Of a stretch of 64,000 nucleotides of DNA, positions 14,088-27,900 are shown piece after piece. Numbering within the stretch: position 1 is the stretch's first letter; every line of letters begins with the position of its first letter. Location: contig CM082576.2 in NCBI GenBank assembly GCA_040954595.2, forward strand, positions 2,516,760 to 2,580,759, given 5' to 3'. The notes beneath the pieces are model-generated. The model was not told where the DNA came from. It made no database searches and saw only the letters and a list, made by a program, of their open reading frames with translations. The DNA comes from Balanoglossus misakiensis (lineage: Eukaryota; Animalia; Hemichordata). The position numbers were made by a program, and so were the translations under genes.

Positions 14088-16632
14088 TTAAGACTAATTA
14101 TCGGATTTACCTGTCCGGAAATTAACTTATTAGAAAATATCCCTTTTTAATTATTAGATTAAAATTCATTATAAGGTTTATCTGATCTAGAATTTACTTA
14201 TTAGATTAAAATCGAAGTGTAAAACAAAACAAGGAAAGAGAAAGTGTTGTTGACTTGCCACAATACTAGCAAACTTATTTCGTTTTGGGCATAATAGATT
14301 TGATCGTTGCAAACTTCGGCCACATCATTTTTACTCGGTGACCCAAAGTGGAGATTTCCTCTAGCGTAAGAAATTGCCAATGAAAGTGACAGGTTCAAGC
14401 AGAGGTCAGCGAAAGACGACGTCTACTACTTAAGGCGAATGTCCAAACACAAACTGTATGAAACACATGCATGGCTGCTCCTGCCCGAAACCACTAATGT
14501 AATAAACTGTAATTGCAAACAACCCAAGTCATCTATTGAAGCCACAATGACAAGAACGCGTGCCAGAGATGACGTAGTTGTATTTTACCATATTCTGTCA
14601 TAATTCCGTTGCTAGTCACGCGAATCATGTCAGTTTCTTTTTTAAAGAAGTGTGAGCTCCAAGCTCTGCTGATGATAACGTTGAGTGTTCATGAAATATT
14701 GCTCTGGGGTTAAATACAAGGCCAGGTGTGACTGAATTGATCAATCATGCTTGGTGGAAGCATGCTCACTCTCAGTGCTGAATATATAAGTATACAAGTA
14801 TTCTGTGTTGGTGTTCCCGAAAAGAGGCAGACTTGCATGCCTGCAGTTAAACAAATCACCGCGGCCAGTCATGGTGCAATATTCACCAATGACAAGAAGA
14901 TTCATTATATTTGTAATGGCAAATCGAGCCCCTTCGGGAACCAATACAGACAGATGGCATTAACTCGACGTGCTTCACGGAACAAACAGGGTATAGAGCA
15001 ATATTTGCTCAAGTGGACAGAATCGCCTTTACATCCGTCCTCCCACGGTGTTGTCAAAGTGAGACAGAGCCGGCACGTCGAGCCATCTTTCTTCGGGATT
15101 AAAAGAACACCTTAGGTAGCGTTTCTCGGCCTTGAACACAGGATAAGCCAGGCCTGTCGACCCGCATGCGCTGTTCAAATATATATTATCCTGAAAGCGT
15201 TTTCAAGTAAACCCCGTAAGCTTAATAGAAATGCATCGTAAATCGAATTCGTTTTCATCTTCAAATACATCACATTGTACCAGTTGTCGCATCGAGAATT
15301 TGCAAGACTTGTGTATTATATATTCTAAATTGAAAAAAATGAATGTTATAAGAGTTTGTTATACTTCTGTGTCGCCGTAAGCCTTATCAAGGTTTAGCTA
15401 ACGTCGTTTTCAAAGCCTAGAAGAAATAGGAGTTCATCATCATCGCACAATAAGCTTATTTTTGTAAAATGAAATAGACGGTCAACATCAAAAGGGGTAT
15501 GCTAAGTCTTTTCCAGGCCGCGCATTATCTACACCTTCGACTGAAAATAGATTTTGAGATTTATGAGTCGCCTGACAATTATTTTCGCTCGGAGCTCTCG
15601 ATATATTTTCAGACCTAAAAGCTCAAATTGTCAATTTTAATGACATTTTCGAATTTCGACGTCACAGTTTGGTCATGTTACCGGGAAAAGTACAATAATC
15701 ATATACCATAGACACCACAGCTTTGACATATTGGGATTAAGAAATCTGTACTTTTGCTTACAGCACTTCCCACAAGAGTGACTCGTAATTTCATGATTCA
15801 TGTACTTGAAATTCCACTCAGCTGTTATCTTCGAAACTATACAGCCTTGTTTATCATTTTAAGATTTCAAGTTTTGTTATTTCAGATGTAGTATTCGTCT
15901 GGTATACATGCCTGATGCATTAGTATTGCCAACTTAAGGTTGGCAACATAAGATAACCCTGGCATATTATCTTTTCGTACCACATCGGGTATTCTAACCA
16001 AACATTTGTTACGATATGATATGTATCCGATGAATCAATGTACGTAATGGAAAGAATGTGCGTGCTTTATCGATGACGAAATGTTTCAATGGTAGATTCT
16101 TTGGGTCTTTTCGGACAGGCTCGGCAAATGCCGCATGTTTTAAGAGAGAATCATTTAAGGTTGTCTTGAGCAAAATATGGGAGAAAGTTCAAGCCTTAGA
16201 TTTTCGATGTGCATTCTACTGCAAGTTCCTTCCTACAATAACGCGAACCATCTCTCTCAACCTTCAATCTAAAGTCGCCGAAGCAAACACCATTAAGCAG
16301 AGAATGCAGGCCCTTCTCATTAAAGCCCAAATAGCTTACATTTACCGAGGACTTTGCAATTGGAGGATGACGGATGACTATAGTCTCGAGACACTAATGC
16401 TTGTCTCTGCCATACTGAGCACTTCATCTTTCGAATGCCCGCCGAGTAAAGCTGTCAAAGGGAGGCAATTCACCGAAGTATTGATCCTAATCTGGGCACG
16501 TTCACGTCACTATGTCGAAGTAACACCTCTCTCATACATCTGCCTCTGCTAAAAAAGAATATAGACGTGTACCCCTTGCATATCAAAGTCGGGTCTCCAC
16601 TCAGAAATGACACCTTGAGACTCATGAAATAC

Positions 16633-17058
16633 TAGTCTCGGTTACCCAGAGCCCTCTGCTTCTTCCGTTAGGCACTCCAGAAAGAGGGTCTGGGGAAACC
16701 CGGTAGACAAACCGTCAGGCGGAATCGGGACAGCTGCGATGCATGACGGGAGATTAATATTCGATACGATGTTATGATATGTCGATATTAGAAAACTATT
16801 TACCGAACTTCTCTCTCTCTTTTCAATTTGTATACAGTTTTAGCAGGTCTAGCACTTCTCAGCATGTTTTCTTTATCGTATGTCATACATGTCGGCCGTG
16901 GGTTCGCGCGCAGGACGTCGCCATTTTGGAATATTAATCTCCCGTCATGCATCGCAGCTGTCCCGATTCCGCCTGACGGTTTGTCTACCGGGTTTCCCCA
17001 GACCCTCTTTCTGGAGTGCCTAACGGAAGAAGCAGAGGGCTCTGGGTAACCGAGACTA
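16633..17058. mobile_element. Non-autonomous DNA transposon (MITE), 130-bp perfect TIRs, 9-bp TSD; AcademH-like or Mutator-like
   Basis: 16633-16762 is the exact reverse complement of 16929-17058. Termini are TAGTCTCGG...CCGAGACTA. The direct repeat ATGAAATAC lies at 16624-16632 and 17059-17067. Confidence 0.93.
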
Positions 17059-20000
17059 ATGAAATACAAATAATAATTTATGAAAGGACGATAAAGATAT
17101 TCAAAGTAAAAGACTTAAAAGTAGATAACACATTCATTTGAAGGCAACAACGCTTGTCTGTCCTTGTGCAGCATATAACGATGTGAACACGTTCTTTTTT
17201 ATGAGCAGCTCGTATCGCACATCAACATTATAGCTCCCTTAAGATGCATATCGACTCTTTTCGATGCACGATATAACCGAGTGTATGATACTATGGAAAC
17301 CGCAGTCGAGTACTTCGCTTCTGCTCCATCACAATCCACTCACTCTGATCACGTGTATAAAAATAATCAGCCATCTTGTCTTTCCATGCCCAGTAGGCCA
17401 GGAAAACGCAACATCATTGCCTTCTGTCTTTTTTACCTGCACAAGTTTGACAAAATACAAACCCCAATTACCAGAACGCCATAGCATTATAAAAGTTGCC
17501 TTTTACGACATTCCACGAACATTCACTGCAATCCCCATGCAATTTAATCAATCAGCATTCCATTTGTTCATAATAGTGAGGGTGATTTAGGTAATTTACA
17601 TTATTTATAGGGGAAATTATATGTCTTGGGACACATCATTACCCTCTTGATTTCGTTAATTGAATAAAATGTAGTTCGCCAAACTGTATCCATGTTCTTT
17701 TGTAAATGAACCTGGTTTGCAAATCTCGTCTTTTCTCGGAGGTGTCCGTGGCTCACACCTGTACCCACGCCACGCACGCGCACTGCCTGTGACCAAATAC
17801 TAGTAGTATACAGCAACGACAATTAAAGGTTGATATATTTCTTATTCCTGCAATCAGTGAAATTTCCTTTTGAAATTAGTATTCCAGTCGCGACTAGCCA
17901 GTTTGTAAGTGTTATTAAGTTTACTGCGATTTTTCCCGCGGTATTAGTGGTGGGATTCGTTCAAGTGTTAAATATCAGGCGTGGCGACCGTAAAGGTCAC
18001 GGTTGTGTACCTTCTGAAAATCTTGAAATTCTCGCCTGGCTAACGCAGCACTCTCTTGTAACGTTAACAACTATCATCATAGTGATTAGTGTTGAATTCG
18101 AAGTCGTGCACAAAGTAGGATATGAACACCGTTTAAGGGATATAGCATGATATAAACCTCACTGTTGGCTCATTTCAACAACTCCCCGATGCTGTGACAG
18201 CTTTCTGTATTTTTATTTTATTTTTTAAATTAAATTAAATTTAAAAGCCCGAGTGATCCGTAGGCATAAATGATCGTGTGATAAATAGACAGCTGCGGTT
18301 TTCACCAACCTTCAAATAACACGCATAGCAAATATTTGTCAAATGCTACCTTGTCCAATGGATCCCATGGGTGATCAAATTTTATGATATTCTCCATCGA
18401 AATCATTGGACCGAACATGCATGCAGTCCATGTTATTAAATGTTTTACTGTAGTCATTGCTCTAAGTTATCGAAGAGTCTCGCGGTTCACTTATTTCATG
18501 CATTTCTTTTTAACGAGGTGGATAACTTTTAATTTTGGGCAGTGATTGCTATTGTGATAGACGGATTTGGGATAGGCCTATAGTACATTATGTGTAATAT
18601 ACAGTTGACTATTCTGCGTCGCGGACTAGCTGGCACACAAGTACCATCATTTGCCACCTCTTTCAAACAATATCGGCATAAATCCTTGTCGTACTAGTTC
18701 ACAGTCAGCACACGGTGAAACGATTTGATGGGGTGGCGTGGAAAAACTTTGAATACGTGTGTAGGCCTAATGCATTATGAAGGGTGGCAAATGCTTAGGA
18801 AGGTTCCTGCAGTGAGTCATTTCCGAGTGCATTCTTATGTTACTACCCCGAGGAAAAATTAGAAATTCTGGTATCGGTTAACAAGTGTACATGACTTCAC
18901 AAGGAACATACTCGTGCCACTCACCGTCATGGGACTACTGAGCAGTCAAAGTCCGGGTATCAAAATTCAAAATGGCCGCCATGCACTCGGTTACTAGGGA
19001 TGAATGCCAAAGAATGTCAAATACTATATGGTTAAATTCTAGTGTACATAAAGACACCGCGCGATGGTTTACGAATCCCGCCAGAGAATTTACAAGGGTG
19101 ATATAGGGATTCGTGAGTCTGCTAGGTATCATACAACAAAATTTTACAGGTACTCAGAAATTGCACCATAAAGAGTACAGACGTGAACTGGCACGAAACA
19201 GCTGACACACATGGCAGGTTTAAAATAGCATCCTGGGTACCAGCTCACTAGAGAAAGCTTGTGAACCATTATTTTTAAATCTTTCTCTCTCTCCCTCTTT
19301 CCCAAGCTCTCTCCCGTGAGCAAAGGGATTCAACTCCTATCCTACAAGGTCATGGACAAAGTGAGAAAGTGTCACGAGATTCCGCTTGCACTGAAGCTGG
19401 ACTAAAACAAGCTGCGGCGATGCGAGTCGAAAAGACAACAACTAAAAATACTGCTCTAAGTAGTTACGTCTGTTCGCCCCTTTTAATTCTTTTTAATGGC
19501 TTAAGAGCCTGTACTTACATGGTTAGGTCTGATAACAGACGTTGGTTCGCGGTACACGCACTCAAGCGTGTTCATAATCAGATCCCGTCTACTAGGCCCC
19601 TCGACCTCTAGAGTGGGGAAACTGAAGTAGAAAGTCTTTGTCGAGAACTCTTACGAGATGAGCAGGATGTCGTCGGAAAATCTTACAAGCACAGATACTT
19701 TTAAAAACAAGTCCTCTTAGAAAAAAACTCGAACATCAGCAGTAGGTCTGAAGTAATAAAAACCCAGGGGCAGGGGTTCTGAAAAAGATTCCAGTCTTGA
19801 GACACATGCCCTGAAGCCAATTAAGGTCCTGTAAAGTGGCATTTCCTATTCGTAAGCTCAGTATAAAAGCACTTTTGAGTATTTTCCCTTGATCGTTAGT
19901 TGCCCTTCCAATGATGGGTTAAACAAGACGGGTTAAATAAGACGACCACAAAACACTCCAAATTAGGAGTCATACAATGAGTTGGTAAGCTTATCTGTAG

Positions 20001-21121
20001 CACAGACGTTTGCGATCTGTATGTAGGCCTACTGTTGAAATCTGCACCAGAATTTTACGTTTGCCTCTTAATTTATTAATATGATTTAAAAAATGTGGAT
20101 TTTATTCTGACAAATGTCTATGCCAGTGATATCGATTTTAAAAACTTCTTTCGTGTCATATTGGATGGTTTCGATGAGTACATTTTGTCGTTGAGAAGAT
20201 TTTGTTTCCTGAATGACTGACAGAAGTGTCCTTGAAGCTGAATATGCAATTCTGAACCAACCCTTCGTTGTTTGCACACCTTCTAGTTACAAATCTTTCC
20301 ACTTTATCAATGGGTTTGTATTTCCACTTTTTGATGCTAATTCGGACAGTATTCGTCCATTAGTGTTCTTAGAGTCGCTTACTTTGGCTCCTTCAAGGGG
20401 ACCAGTTCCCTCTGGACTTCAGTGTGCTCACACGAAAAAAAAATCATTAAAACCCACGAAAATAAACGAAATTTTGTGTTAACGCTAAGATCAACCTTTT
20501 TCTAGAACAAATACGAAATGTGTCATGCCATGTGGTTGATGTTATTCTAAGTGAGGTGTACATCTGGCCACTGTTGCAAATCTTGTTACGTATTGTTGCT
20601 TGGCATTTTGTAGTCTTACTTCAAACAGCTTTGGCAGTCCCTGATGTGGACAGACTCGCAATCGACACACATGACTGAATGTCTTTCGCATCTTTGAAAA
20701 ACTAAAACCAACATGGTAATGCTATTCGCCTTTGACATAGTGTTCTTGCGTTCCTTCATACGAGATGAAACACATGCTTCTGCCAAACAGTTTACTTCAT
20801 TTACATGTATTTAATACCCTATCTCTTGCCAAGTTAAACTGAATTTCATGGCTTTGGCTATTATTGGGGTTTTGGTGATGAGCAGTGAGAAGTAATTGAA
20901 TGTTTCCAAAAGCTGTCCCGACATACATATCAGTGGGTGGACAGGATCATCCCAACATATCAAACTGTGACGAGAATTTATCTATAACTATCTATACGAA
21001 CAGCCTCATCCAATCAAACCACAAAATAATTTTGGGGCAAGGGTTAATAGGAAAGCATGTACCTTTCAATGTTGTTTACTGCTGAGCTGAAATAGGATCT
21101 GATACAAAAGCTGAAAGGCTG

Positions 21122-21355
21122 CCCTATCAGTTTCCCTTGCAAAGTTCCTATCTTCCCCCTGAAGGCTGTTAGGAACACTTGCTCCTGCTGCGAGTTATGT
21201 GCAGTCAATCTCCACACAGCTGCAGGCCCTCCCACTTACAAGCTGCAGGCAGATTGGGCGAAGATAAAATGCACAGAGAATACACGCTGCACTGGTCAAC
21301 CCTCCTCGTCAGATGCAACATGCAGATAGGAACACAGAAAGGGAAATTGATAGGG
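21122..21355. repeat. Imperfect inverted repeat (32-bp arms, 27/32 match), probable decayed MITE downstream of the SRD5A stop
   Basis: ccctatcagtttcccttgcaaagttcctatct (21122-21153) versus the reverse complement of 21324-21355, ccctatcaatttccctttctgtgttcctatct. Confidence 0.7.
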
Positions 21356-21900
21356 ACATATCAACTGCCCGCATCACCTGTATAGTAGATATACTAATGA
21401 AATTATTCAGCCAATAGTGTCAACAACTGAACAATGAATGTTGGCTGTGCCCCATGAATGGTTGACTCTGCACTGGTTACAGGCAGAGTTTGCTGCTGTT
21501 ATAGGTGCTTTCTTCAAGCATTTCTAAAATATTTCAATATTTATCTATTTATTCACATATAAAAACTCTATCCATTTATTAATTCATAATGCTGATGCTT
21601 CAAATACTTCCCCTTGTTACAATTTAATAGAAAAAAGTTCATTCTTTTGCATCTTGTGAAACATGTTTTGGCAATCATTTATACCAGGAAACAAAATTGT
21701 TTGTCACATTAATATCTTAAACATCAACAAAATTATTTCCACACTAAAGTATATATTCAATGCACCACATCTTGTAAAAATAAAAACTATGCCCTGTCAG
21801 CAAAAATGTGATGGAATCTTAGCACACATTGTGGAACATAAATTTCCAAGCAGTTATTTCAGTTCATTTGTTCTTCATTTCCTTACTTCAAAACTTCTGT

Positions 21901-21967
21901 CTACAAAATGAACGGAATGAAGGCTTTCCGATGTTTAGGATAATCTTCAAACTTTGACAGATAGAAC
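21901..21967 (-). CDS. SRD5A1: SRD5A exon 5 (coding part)
   Basis: cttgttcctag|G FYLSKFEDYPKHRKAFIPFIL*, TAG at 21901-21903. Minus-strand AATAAA candidates lie near 21548 and 21574. Confidence 0.93.
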
Positions 21968-24900
21968 CTAGGAACAAGCAAACAAATGTATACATGCTAT
22001 TAATAAGATAGTAAATGAAGTACACAGGTGTACTGGCCATGAACATTCAAATAATTCAGAATCAACACCTGGGAGTAAAAGATGGACATTGCACGCTATA
22101 AAGTGACCTTTGTAAATTTTACCACAGTTACCATGGAAATATAGCCAATCAAAGATATGTTAACTAGAGGTGACTATATACATTTAAGGGATACATTAAC
22201 CAGTATAACTTTTGCACATCCTTAATCCATTCTTGTGTGCATGACTGCCATTACTCTGTATGGACAGACAGACAGTCTCTATAAGCCCCCAATTCCAGAC
22301 TTGTGAAAGGGGGACTTAATGTACTCGCGTGTGCCGATAAAAGAATGAATTTGAACTCTAGGTCAGTAATTTCTTGTGTGATTTTCCCCCAAGTAATGAC
22401 TCTCAAGCAATGAAATCTTTTCTGCTAGAGTAAGCTTTTATATCTGTGGAGAACACACTAAATATGGGTTAATGGAACCTCGATATGAAAGGTGAACCAT
22501 TAAGTCATGATGTATCTGCTTTTGAACCCATGAAACCATTTCTCTCACAATTATTCACGATTATAGTGTCAGTTATTGATAGCACTTTTCCCATTAATAA
22601 GAATGGATAATGTAGATACCTCTTGATTATTTTTGTTTCAATGGAAAAATAAATATGTACATTTACCTCAGCGGCCATTGTAATTAATCATAGCAACACC
22701 AGCTGCTCCAAGCCTGTTTGTAGTCGTATAATGATAAAAGGTACAGTAGCTGCATTTTTTCTCTCAATATTCTAGCCATCACATCCATTGTTTTCAGCCA
22801 CCACATAAATATTATCACCATACATTTTCCATTCTTTATGCCAAAGTATGTATTTATTATGAATGTTTATTGCATCAGCACAAAATTTACTAGCACAGCA
22901 TGTATACGGCCTCTTTGAAGTCAAAGTCAAAGTGATGAAACTTACTCGTGATGATGCGTAGCTCTCGGCCCAATGTTGCACACAGTAAATATGAAGAATG
23001 CATACGCCTGAAATGTGTTGCAGGCCATTGCCCAACCCAGCCACTCTAGAGACTCTCCGAAGAAGTTGGCTCCAGATACAAACTCAAACATACCACCTGC
23101 GGAAGAAATTTACACACATGGTAACCAATTATAGTTCTGTAAGGGCAATGGACATGAAAAGGTTCCTGCTGATCAATTGGAACTATTAAAACCTCTGTCA
23201 GTGCCAAAGAATGGAAAATAGAGAAAGCTTTTAATAAACTCACTACATGGAAATAACGAAAAATAACATTCAATTACGGAGTGTGGATTTTCAATCAAAA
23301 CATGGGATAATTCCAATACACAAGTAACATCTGGGCGGAAACAAAATCATCAGCCTTATCACTAAGAAAAATCAGCTTAGATCTTGTTTACAGCGGATAA
23401 TGTGGAAACATTTATAATCAATACCAAGACGCATACAGCATGTGTTTTTATGTTTCTTTTACTGAGAGCTATCACCACCAAAATAAACTTTACTGCACAA
23501 ACACAGCTCACATATGTCATCCAATCTGCTGTGACCTTGCCTAAATTGAAAGTACAGGTACTTAAGTGTGCATGCAGGCTCTTCAACCTATCTTTCTATT
23601 TCCATATCCACAAAATAGCAAAATATACAGAGAACATTTTGACACATGCTAAACACATACACTCGTGATGCTCAATAATTTAACAAGTGATTTAAAATTT
23701 GTAAATGGCTGATGGGCTAACCCTCTTGGTGACAGCTTGCCCAAAAGATTACTATAATCATGTTTTCATTTTTCTGAGTGTGGGTGTTTATTTGTAAGGT
23801 CTGCTCTTAAAGTGGTTCAGGAGCAAGATGTACCACAAATAATCCTCTGGTTTTTGTGCTGCCATAATTGCTGCTGGATCTCTGAATGACCAAAACTGAT
23901 AGTATTGGGTTGTAAAATAGTGGGGTTCATATTAGACAACTGATGTTGGCCCATACACACATGTGTAGGTCTTTACATCAGATCAAAATAACCAATGTGG
24001 ACATGATATGTCAGATCATAGTCAGTCTGCATGGTTTTGGTCCAGCCATGGAGGGGCCGGGTTAAGATTCGCCCCAAAATTTGAGCCTGGCATCATGGAA
24101 GTGTGGGTACTGGTAGCGAATTGGAACCCAATCAACACTGAAATGCCAACTGGATTCAAAATTAGATGAAATGGCAAATCCCTGGACAGGTGCCTTACGA
24201 ATAAATCAATCTGATCAGCAAGGGCGTTTGTTCTGCCCTGCACATACTGGCAACCAGGGCATGTGCACACACTTGCCCAATTATTACTCTTGCCTGGTAT
24301 CCCCGGTACTGTTGTGGACTGCAGCTCACTGACTATAGGCTGATTGGAGGTCACTGTGAAATTGCCAATCATGGTGTTGCAAAATCCTTTTGGGCAGAGA
24401 ATACCTTTATTATCCCCTCAGATTAAAAATTTCAGCACATCTGCTCTGGTTCATTTATCCATTTGCCTATTGTCCCACATTTGTGAACATTACTGAACTC
24501 TGACCTTTCATCACCTATCCTGGATTACTGCACAAGTGAGATTTGCTTGCCACTGTCATCTGCCTCTTGACAGTAAATGTGTCGATCATGTTGTTGACAT
24601 GATTCTTTTTGCGTCAACAGCTAAAATGGACCTTAAGACATGATGAGATTTTTAGCAGGTGCAGGATTCTTTATAAATTTATTAAATAAAACCTCCAAAG
24701 GATAATAAATGGAAATGCAAGATACCCAAGCCACTCGCCAATAGTTAACAGCAATTAATTTGTGATTACCATCCTACATTTCCCTATTGTATCAAAACAC
24801 CTGTTCATCTCCTCCGGGCATGTGGTGAGGGAACCAAGATGATCTGGATCATACTTCTATCAGAATCTGGATTATTCCATGATTGCCAAGACATATATGA

Positions 24901-27900
24901 TTAACGTTTAACCACAGTTTTGAAAAAAAATCATAGGTGAAGAGCCAGCCAGTCCAATACATGAACCATTGTTTAAAGAGTACAGACTGCATCAGGTGGT
25001 GTACGTGATGCACAGCCCATTCTGAAAAAATCCATTCACTTTTGCCCAGGGCCTCTGAACTGTACATGTCTGTGTGAGAAACACCTATTAGACTCAATGC
25101 CCACAGCAATGCAGCACTTCAAAGGAAAACTGTCATCGGAACTGACATACCAAACATTGTACAGGCGACATACAACCAACACAATGAATCAGATGTACAT
25201 ATATGAGAGTGTATGAAACTAACAACAAATTGCTTTAATTGCTATCATCCATAATGCAACTATTTTTGGCACATGTATGATATAAAATGACATTACTTAC
25301 ATAGGGGATCTGCACTGTATATGTACATGTAAATGTACACACACACACACACAACTTGCAGCAGTGAATTTTGTCTTTGAAGACGAATTAAGATGGCAAA
25401 CACTAACAGAGTATTAATACCTTGATTTGTTGCCTGTGTTTGGGACTCTATGATTTATGATAGTAACACTGATTAGAACCACTGACAGCTTACAGCCTAC
25501 GCTGTCATCAATAACATCATGGGCCATTACCACAATACAACTTTAGACATGCCTGTAAATCTTAATGATGCTATCAAGGATGCAGTAGATAGCTATATAT
25601 CCAGATATGGGGTTCACATTGGATAAGCTTTGGTTGGCCTTGAGTAATATTTAATCAATCAATCAATAGATGTTTATTACCCTAGTCTGAGCAATTAGCA
25701 TTGCAGCAGTGATACAACACATGAACATTGAATAAAAAAACACACAATACTGTTCAAAAAAGGTTAAAATAATGACAAAATAGAAATGCACATAGGGGTT
25801 AAGTTAGGAATATGAAATATAAAAATTCAAGTTGATTTTGTTCAACTGTCCAATACAGTTCTGTTGATAAATTTACATGTAGCCCTGTTGGCAAGGTTTC
25901 ATTAAATTAGTACTCTAACAGAACGACCAGATGGGAGCAATTAAAGTAAAACTCATGACGTAATGGCCTGCTGAAATTTGTAATGCAAAATGAAGTTTCC
26001 TTCGCATAAAACATGCTTCTCAAACAAGTCAGAGGACCCACTTGTTGTTCAGTTACAGGCAATGAGCCTACATGTATCCTTAGGAAACAAAACGATAAGA
26101 AATATTCAGAAATGTCATGGTCGCAGCCACAAACCGAATACAGGAAAGGTAGAAATAAAGGAAGATCCAAACGGAGATATGATACCCTAGGGCAAAGGTC
26201 ACCTATGTCAGCCACCGCACACTTCAAATTCACCTGTAGTTCATTTAGCTAACTGCTCTACTGCAGACACTCTGGCGACATCGACTTCAGTAAAAAGCCA
26301 GGGCGATCACGAAACCTATAGCTGCAATCTACCTCCCTATTAGTAACTTTCATGAAGGGAAATGATGGCTTTCCTTCTAATATGCTACTCTCCATGCTGT
26401 GTTCACTCATGAATAATTCAGCCATTTTTCTTCTCCAGAAAAATAAAAAAAATGCTGCGTTTTGACCAAAATGTATAATTTTGCAGATTATTTGCTTGAA
26501 TAATTTAGGCAATTCCGTCAATGTTTTTTTATTCCTGCTATTAATGTACCACTTTCTGACGTATTGAAATACTCTCTGCAGACATCAGCCAATTCAGAAA
26601 ATAAATGGACTGAAAAACTGGCACTCAAATCAGGGGCAGTGCAGTCAAAGCATCGCCAGATTAAGATCAGTCTGTTTGTGCTGACCCCTTGCCTCCATTT
26701 TACCTATGTGTGCTTCAAACCTTCATTTTTGTGAAGTTACACAAGATGACATAGTCATTGCTCTAAAATGGGGGTCGAATTAGCCATATAAAATTGTTCC
26801 TCTTTCATCTCCAAGACTTTCCATGAGTTTTTGAAAGTTGTGATCAAAAATTGCTGTTAGTTAGTTAATGAGTGGACAATGAAATGCCATGGCACAGGCT
26901 GGCATTTCTTAATGGACTCTGACTGAATCAATATCCTGAGACTTTCCAGAATTAAATTGATTTTTATTTCCGATCAACCAATATGAGTCTGCCTGACTGC
27001 CTGTGCTGCCGTGGCAACACATCAGCAGTTTCAAAATAGTTGATTGGAGACGAGTGCAACTTAGCTACACGATAACATTTCAGTTACCATGGCAATAGGG
27101 TTGCCACTTTCTTAACCCCAGTTGAACAGAGACACAAGAACACCTTATTGCTTTTATGCATGGCAGGGGGCAGGGTCGTGACTTTGCCGATCTTGAACAG
27201 GGTGGTGGGCACCACTGACATAAATACAACACTCGTTTGGCCACAGAGGGCGCTCTCAGAGCATGAATTTGAATGCAAAAACTTTAATATGTTCGTGAAG
27301 TGAACACAAATTCTTACAGGGGGCAAAAATGTGCTGGTAATGATCATTAAACATATCGGTAGATGAGTGGTACAAACACAGATTTAATGTAAAATGTGGT
27401 GTTTGAATGCACGGCTGTGCACCATTCCAGGCTATGAATAGACTCCGGCAAGAAAGATGAAATACAAACCTCTGGGAATTTTGTAACCAGTCTCTCCTGG
27501 TTTTCTCAGGTTCCGCAAAATGTGGTCTGAATGTAAGTTGATGAACATACCACTGAAAAACAGCAAACAACCTGTGAAAGGAAAAATATACAGTTGAAAG
27601 GTGCAAGTGCCCGGTACTCAACTTAATCTTGTGCTGAATGACGGTTTAAGCTTTGCCTGACCCTAATCCCTTGTGAGCACATGAGAATTTGTATTTGTAC
27701 TAGTATCATGATGAATCATGAGATGTTTAATTCTTGCAATTTGTCCATCATCTATATCAAAATGAATTACTTATTAAAATGCTAAACTTTTAGTAAGCCA
27801 ATTCTTGTTTTTGCTGTGTTGTTGAACTGACCACGTACATGTACAATATATTGATTGATTGATGGCAATGTCTATAAATCATCTTAGCAATGACTGCAAC

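Noticed and set aside
14747-15115. 122-aa plus-strand ORF
   Set aside because: No recognisable homology or exon context.
16058-16552. 164-aa plus-strand ORF
   Set aside because: GTG start, no recognisable motif and no supporting splice pattern.
16800-17069. ORFs inside the 426-bp MITE
   Set aside because: Short, overlapping the TIR, and without a recognisable domain.
20086-20420. Long minus-strand frame broken by one stop (possible pseudogene fragment)
   Set aside because: I could not recognise any family, so it cannot be supported without a database search.
25650-26230. Possible decayed LINE 3' end on the minus strand (AATAAA plus (TTGA)n tail)
   Set aside because: The tail pattern is suggestive, but the upstream sequence is too degenerate to show RT or zinc-knuckle motifs.
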